Positions 31,310-32,000 of a stretch of DNA of 32,000 nucleotides are shown here, in pieces. A model generated the notes under the pieces. The model did not search any database. It worked only from the letters and a program-made list of their open reading frames with translations, and was not told the DNA's origin. Positions within the stretch are counted from its first letter, which is position 1. The number at the start of each line of letters is the position of its first letter. A program made the position numbers and the translations under genes. The DNA is from Fastidiosibacter lacustris (GTDB lineage: Bacteria; Pseudomonadota; Gammaproteobacteria; Francisellales; Francisellaceae), in NCBI RefSeq assembly GCF_003428155.1, contig NZ_QLIR01000002.1, forward strand, positions 1 through 32,000. Reading direction: 5' to 3'.

Positions 31310-31926
31310 TCTACATATCCAGCAATATTTTTGACTGTAAGACTTTTAGAAACTTGACTTTTATCTTTGAATGTTCCTAAAAACTTATCACCAAGGTAGC
31401 TTGTAATCCCCCAGCAATAGTTTTCGTTATGAAAATGGTGACGCATATGCGCACGTTTTAGCCTTTGTCCAACTTTTGTTTTAGGCTGGTAAGCTGGGGT
31501 GTGATGCGCTAGGTGCATCCATTCATAAAATAGATAATATAAAATACCAAAGGTGAACGGCACAAGTGCAACACTAAAGTTCCATGAAAGCAAAGCAAAT
31601 AACACATAGGTTTGGACAAGGTGGAGGATAATAGCAGGCCACGGTGCAAATAACAGCTCAATGTTTTGAGGATATTTGTGATGCGCATGATGTAGGCGAA
31701 TTTGAAAATTACGAAACCAGCCTGGCTTTTTACTGAGTTGTGCATGTAGCAGGTACTTATGTGCATACCATTCGTAGAAAGGTGCAATGATTATTGGTAA
31801 AAATAGCCACCAAAAATGTATGCTAAGAATATCTGTCTCGATAATAATTGCTAAAAAAGTCAAAAAGAAGAACCATAGGATCTGTATCGTACGGTGGGAG
31901 AAATAGACTTTTAAAATTGATTTCAT
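31306..31926 (-). CDS. Fatty acid hydroxylase/sterol desaturase superfamily membrane protein
   Basis: Histidine boxes HKYLLH, HHAHH, HLAHH and HMRHHFH with several TM helices. Confidence 0.8.
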   Translation of the reverse strand: MKSILKVYFSHRTIQILWFFFLTFLAIIIETDILSIHFWWLFLPIIIAPFYEWYAHKYLLHAQLSKKPGWFRNFQIRLHHAHHKYPQNIELLFAPWPAIILHLVQTYVLFALLSWNFSVALVPFTFGILYYLFYEWMHLAHHTPAYQPKTKVGQRLKRAHMRHHFHNENYCWGITSYLGDKFLGTFKDKSQVSKSLTVKNIAGYVD

Positions 31927-32000
31927 AGTTTAAATCGATTGTTTTTATTTGGTAAGCGATTTTAACAGTTGAATCGTTTGAGTGCTATATGTGTAACAAA

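Overview
The window reads as AT-rich gammaproteobacterial chromosome. Gene content, including a DsbA-like FipB/FipA pair, suggests the Francisella/Fastidiosibacter side of the Thiotrichales (inference only). The left 2.4 kb is an accessory region: the C-terminus of an Rhs protein with an HNH-like toxin tip, a putative immunity gene, and a second orphan toxin/immunity-like pair whose first member has a signal peptide. It ends at a 22-nt perfect match to the 3' end of tRNA-Lys, which looks like an att scar of an integrated element, followed by a truncated MFS gene. The rest is mostly housekeeping: nusB, cydAB plus a small subunit, a dksA-like gene, crcB, ferredoxin-nrdB-nrdA, fipB/fipA-like genes, rlmD, trpD, glnA, rppH-ptsP, an RND pump, infA, rpe, guaB, pdxST, nadA-GNAT-nadC and a fatty-acid-hydroxylase-like gene. 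The best regulatory signals are a fluoride riboswitch before crcB with a visible candidate expression platform, and a cobalamin riboswitch before the class Ia ribonucleotide reductase operon. The second implies B12-controlled switching of RNR classes. No CRISPR array, transposase or integrase is visible. All calls are by eye; no database search was run.
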